Below, piece by piece: positions 59,551 to 62,273 of a stretch of 62,273 nt of DNA. Below the pieces are notes generated by a model. It had not been told where the DNA came from, searched no databases, and saw only the letters and a program-made list of their open reading frames with translations. The stretch covers positions 1 through 62,273 of the forward strand of contig JAAXGQ010000005.1 of NCBI GenBank assembly GCA_012271265.1, written 5' to 3'. Made by a program: the position numbers and the translations under genes. Each line of letters opens with the position of its first letter. Position 1 is the stretch's first letter. Origin of the DNA: Vicinamibacteraceae bacterium (lineage in GTDB: Bacteria; Acidobacteriota; Vicinamibacteria; Marinacidobacterales; Marinacidobacteraceae).

Positions 59551-61277
59551 GTCTCGACCTCGAGCGTCAGGACGCGGGCGCCGGTTACGGTGGCGTCGAA
59601 GTCCAGGTGCCCCTCCCAGACGACAGAACGGCCGGCCACCGGTCCCGGACCTCGTGACGGATCCCGGTTGAGCACCGACCGGACGCTGGGCGGCAGCGAG
59701 GGGAGAAACTCGCCGCCCACGACGCCCGCCTCCCGCGCGCCACCCCGAAGCTGCACCACCAGCCGGCTCTGCCGGCGGTGGCGGGCGATCGCGCGGAAGA
59801 CCTGCCCGATGTGGGTGGGGATGCCGCCGACGCCCAGGCTGCGGTCCTGGAACGTCGTCGTGAGCGCGTCGGCAACGGTGAGCTGAAGCCGGGAGCCGGC
59901 CGCGCTCGCCGGAATGGGAATCTCGAGCTCGCGCACGCGCTCGGCCCCCCGGAAGTCGCGGACGGCCACCCGGAGAATCGCCGGTTCACCGGGGCGCACG
60001 CGGGAGGAGCGCAACCAGGCGCGGGTGAGCGTGGCGGCGCGGGCCTCTTCGGTCGCTTCGATGTTCACGGCGATGGAACGCACCGGAACGCGCTCCACCG
60101 GGTTCCCGAGGAGAAGGGCCACCGGAGCCGCCACCAGCGCTGCCGCAGGCGCGACCACGCCGGCGGCTCCGGATGCGAAGACATCCTCGACCGGCAGCGA
60201 CCGGCCGCCCGCGAGATCAATCTGCGCTTCGAGCCGGACGGTGAGCGGGCTGGCGGGACGCTCCTCCTGGGAGAGGATCGAAAGCAATCCGGAGAACGCC
60301 ATCGCGGGAGTGAACAGGTCGTGGTCCACGAGTTCCAGCGCGTAGGAGCGATGGGCGCCGCGGCTCCCCCGCACCTCGATCTGCATCGGAATCGTCCGGG
60401 CCCGGACGCCCAGCCGTCCCCGGATGCCGGAGACGCGGTCCTGCTGCCACACACCGATCGGCGCTCCGGCGCTCGCCAGGAGGAAGGAATTCATGAGCGA
60501 GGCGACGGGCGTCTCGACCCGGGCTTCCTGCATCGGAATCGACAGCGAACCGAGTCCGGTGAAGGGGTGTCCGAAGGCGTAGACCTCGCCGGTGGACTCG
60601 TCCACGTGGGTGACGGTGCCGCTTGCCATGAACACCAGGTCGCCGCCGATGAGGGTGGCTCCGACGGGACTTCCCGGGAGGAGCGCCGGCGGCGTCTGCG
60701 GCGGCGATCCGGACACGGCGGTTCGGGCGGTGAACCCGGTGGGGGCGAGCGCCATCCCCAGTTGGTGGAAGAGCGGCCCGAGCGCTGCCACCGCCGCGGT
60801 GGGGAGGCCGGTCGCGGTGACCGGAGTGAGAATCGGACGAAGCTGGCCGCTTCCCCCTGCCGCCGACGGGGCCGGTGGAGGCGGATCGATGAACGGACGG
60901 CCCTCGGGAGAGAACTTCAATTGGGGCGCGCCGCGGCGAGCCGCCCCGGCGGCGCCGGTTCCACCGCCGCGCGCTGTCGCCGGAGGCTCGGTGAAGCGCA
61001 CCATCTCTTCGAACGGGGTGATGCCGCAGATCGGGTCCTTGGCGTAGGGGAAGGCGTAAGCCACCGCTCCCGCCAGCCGACCGTCCAGATACACCGGGCT
61101 TCCGCTCATCCCCTGCATGACGCCTGTATGGGCCAGCGGCCCTCCCGAGAGCCGCGCCAGGATGATGCTGCGGTCGGGCATGGCGCCCTGGAGCACGCCC
61201 AGGACTTCCACGCCGAAGGTCTCGACTTCGGCGCCGGCGAAGGTCGCGCGACCCTCCCCGGTCATTCCCGGCCGCAC
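59544..61277 (-). CDS. SpoIVB-like (S55) serine peptidase domain protein (minimal ORF; a likely signal peptide lies upstream to about 61385)
   Basis: GVMQGMSGSPVYLDGRLAGAVAYAF resembles the S55 catalytic Ser region and GEVYAFGH resembles the His region. Confidence 0.7.
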   Translation of the reverse strand: MRPGMTGEGRATFAGAEVETFGVEVLGVLQGAMPDRSIILARLSGGPLAHTGVMQGMSGSPVYLDGRLAGAVAYAFPYAKDPICGITPFEEMVRFTEPPATARGGGTGAAGAARRGAPQLKFSPEGRPFIDPPPPAPSAAGGSGQLRPILTPVTATGLPTAAVAALGPLFHQLGMALAPTGFTARTAVSGSPPQTPPALLPGSPVGATLIGGDLVFMASGTVTHVDESTGEVYAFGHPFTGLGSLSIPMQEARVETPVASLMNSFLLASAGAPIGVWQQDRVSGIRGRLGVRARTIPMQIEVRGSRGAHRSYALELVDHDLFTPAMAFSGLLSILSQEERPASPLTVRLEAQIDLAGGRSLPVEDVFASGAAGVVAPAAALVAAPVALLLGNPVERVPVRSIAVNIEATEEARAATLTRAWLRSSRVRPGEPAILRVAVRDFRGAERVRELEIPIPASAAGSRLQLTVADALTTTFQDRSLGVGGIPTHIGQVFRAIARHRRQSRLVVQLRGGAREAGVVGGEFLPSLPPSVRSVLNRDPSRGPGPVAGRSVVWEGHLDFDATVTGARVLTLEVETW

Positions 61278-61475
61278 CTCCTCGAGCGGCAGCAGCTGAA
61301 CCTGGGCGGCGGCCGCCGTCGGGAGGGCCGCGAGCGCCGCCGCGAGGATCAGGCGGGCGGCGGGGAGGGAGCGAAGGCGGTGGATAGCGAGAAACCCCCG
61401 GGCGGGTCCTGACGAATCGGGAATCCTACCCGGGGGAACGAAGACGGGCCGGACGCTGGCGCGGGCAGCCGCCGG

Positions 61476-62024
61476 CTACGGCCAGGAACCGAGAGCCAGG
61501 GGGCGGACGACCCGGAAGCAGCGGTCCATCCACCCGTCGTATTGCTGGCTCTCCAGCGCGCTTCCCCGATTCGGGGGCTGCGCCAACCCGGTGTAACTGC
61601 GGAGCAGCTGCCAGGCCCGATAGTGCTCGTCACAGGTGTCCGAGAGAAACTGGGCATCGGCCCCGGCAAGGAACTCCCGGACCCGGACCAGCCCGGCCTC
61701 GGTTGCCTCGCCTTCCTCCATGGCCACGGAGACGAGGACCGTGACCACCTCCACACAGTCCTGCCCCGCGGATCGGGTCACGACATCCCGGTAACTCGCC
61801 CGCACCTGGATGGGTAGCCGGCGGACGGCGTTCGCCGCCTGCTCGATGCACAACTCGCGGACGGGCCGGTCCCCTCCGGGGAGCCGCTGGAGTTCCGCCC
61901 GCGCCTGATCCGGCGACATGCTCATCGAGGTCACGCAGCCGGCCAGCAGCACCGAGGCGAGGATGACGACCGCGCCGGCCGGGCGTCCCCCGGCGGCAAG
62001 GCGCCCGGTGGCGCCTGGCTTCAC
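61476..62024 (-). CDS. Putative lipoprotein or membrane-anchored protein (the frame stays open upstream through the repeat to the window edge)
   Basis: A GTG start gives MKPGATGRLAAGGRPAGAVVILASVLLAGC with lipobox LAGC. The downstream composition is protein-like. Confidence 0.55.
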   Translation of the reverse strand: MKPGATGRLAAGGRPAGAVVILASVLLAGCVTSMSMSPDQARAELQRLPGGDRPVRELCIEQAANAVRRLPIQVRASYRDVVTRSAGQDCVEVVTVLVSVAMEEGEATEAGLVRVREFLAGADAQFLSDTCDEHYRAWQLLRSYTGLAQPPNRGSALESQQYDGWMDRCFRVVRPLALGSWP

Positions 62025-62095
62025 GAATTCGGTCGGCGCGAGGAGCTTGGGCGGTTGCCGCTTGCTGAGGGCCGACTGGAGGATGGGCGGCTGCC

Positions 62096-62273
62096 GGCAG
62101 AAGGTCGGCTCTGGGCGCTCCCGGAAGGCCGGCTTGCGGAGGGTCGTCCTCCGGAGGGTCGGCTGCGAGCGCCGCTGGAAGAAGGTCGGCTCGCGGAGGG
62201 TCGGCCTCCGGAGGGCCGGCTGCGAGCGCCGCTGGAAGAAGGCCGGCTTGCGGAGGGTCGGCCTCCGGAGGGC
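62096..62273. repeat. 57-bp tandem repeat (2 good copies, 1 degenerate and 1 truncated by the window edge) built from 15-18-nt GGAGGGTCGGC-type sub-repeats
   Basis: 62153-62209 and 62210-62266 are near-identical (ggaggg.cggctgcgagcgccgctggaagaagg.cggct.gcggagggtcggcctcc). Confidence 0.85.

Overview
Very GC-rich bacterial chromosomal window (roughly 70% GC by eye, not computed). It is densely coding on both strands, and many genes are translationally coupled through ATGA, GTGA, TTGA or TGATG stop/start overlaps. Gene content (a full BatA-E/MoxR operon, TIGR03436-type vWA proteins, a sortilin/BNR protein, DUF885, DUF819) fits a Gemmatimonadota- or Acidobacteriota-like organism; that placement is inference only. 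I call about 50 CDSs, two tRNAs (Thr-CGU and initiator Met) and several repeat families. The most unusual region is 4.0-13.5 kb. Two diverged P-loop ATPase paralogs in inverted orientation, one of them frameshifted, bracket a hipBA module, an orphan 998-aa N6-adenine methyltransferase fusion protein and a Phd/VapC module. The same interval holds about 1.3 kb of non-coding DNA filled with REP-like palindromes, MITE-like hairpin units and two iteron-like arrays of 21-bp direct repeats. I read this as an accessory defence/addiction island that may be a novel system. Other points of interest: a sigma-54 activator truncated at its N-terminus directly after pheT; an S55 peptidase / beta-propeller / DUF2064 operon in which two genes appear to need non-canonical start codons; a duplicated helical-protein + vWA cassette; a class-V aminotransferase-fold protein lacking the PLP lysine; and coding-phase tandem repeats at the right window edge. 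No transposase, integrase, CRISPR array or rRNA was seen. Most very long ORFs in the six-frame track are high-GC shadow ORFs.
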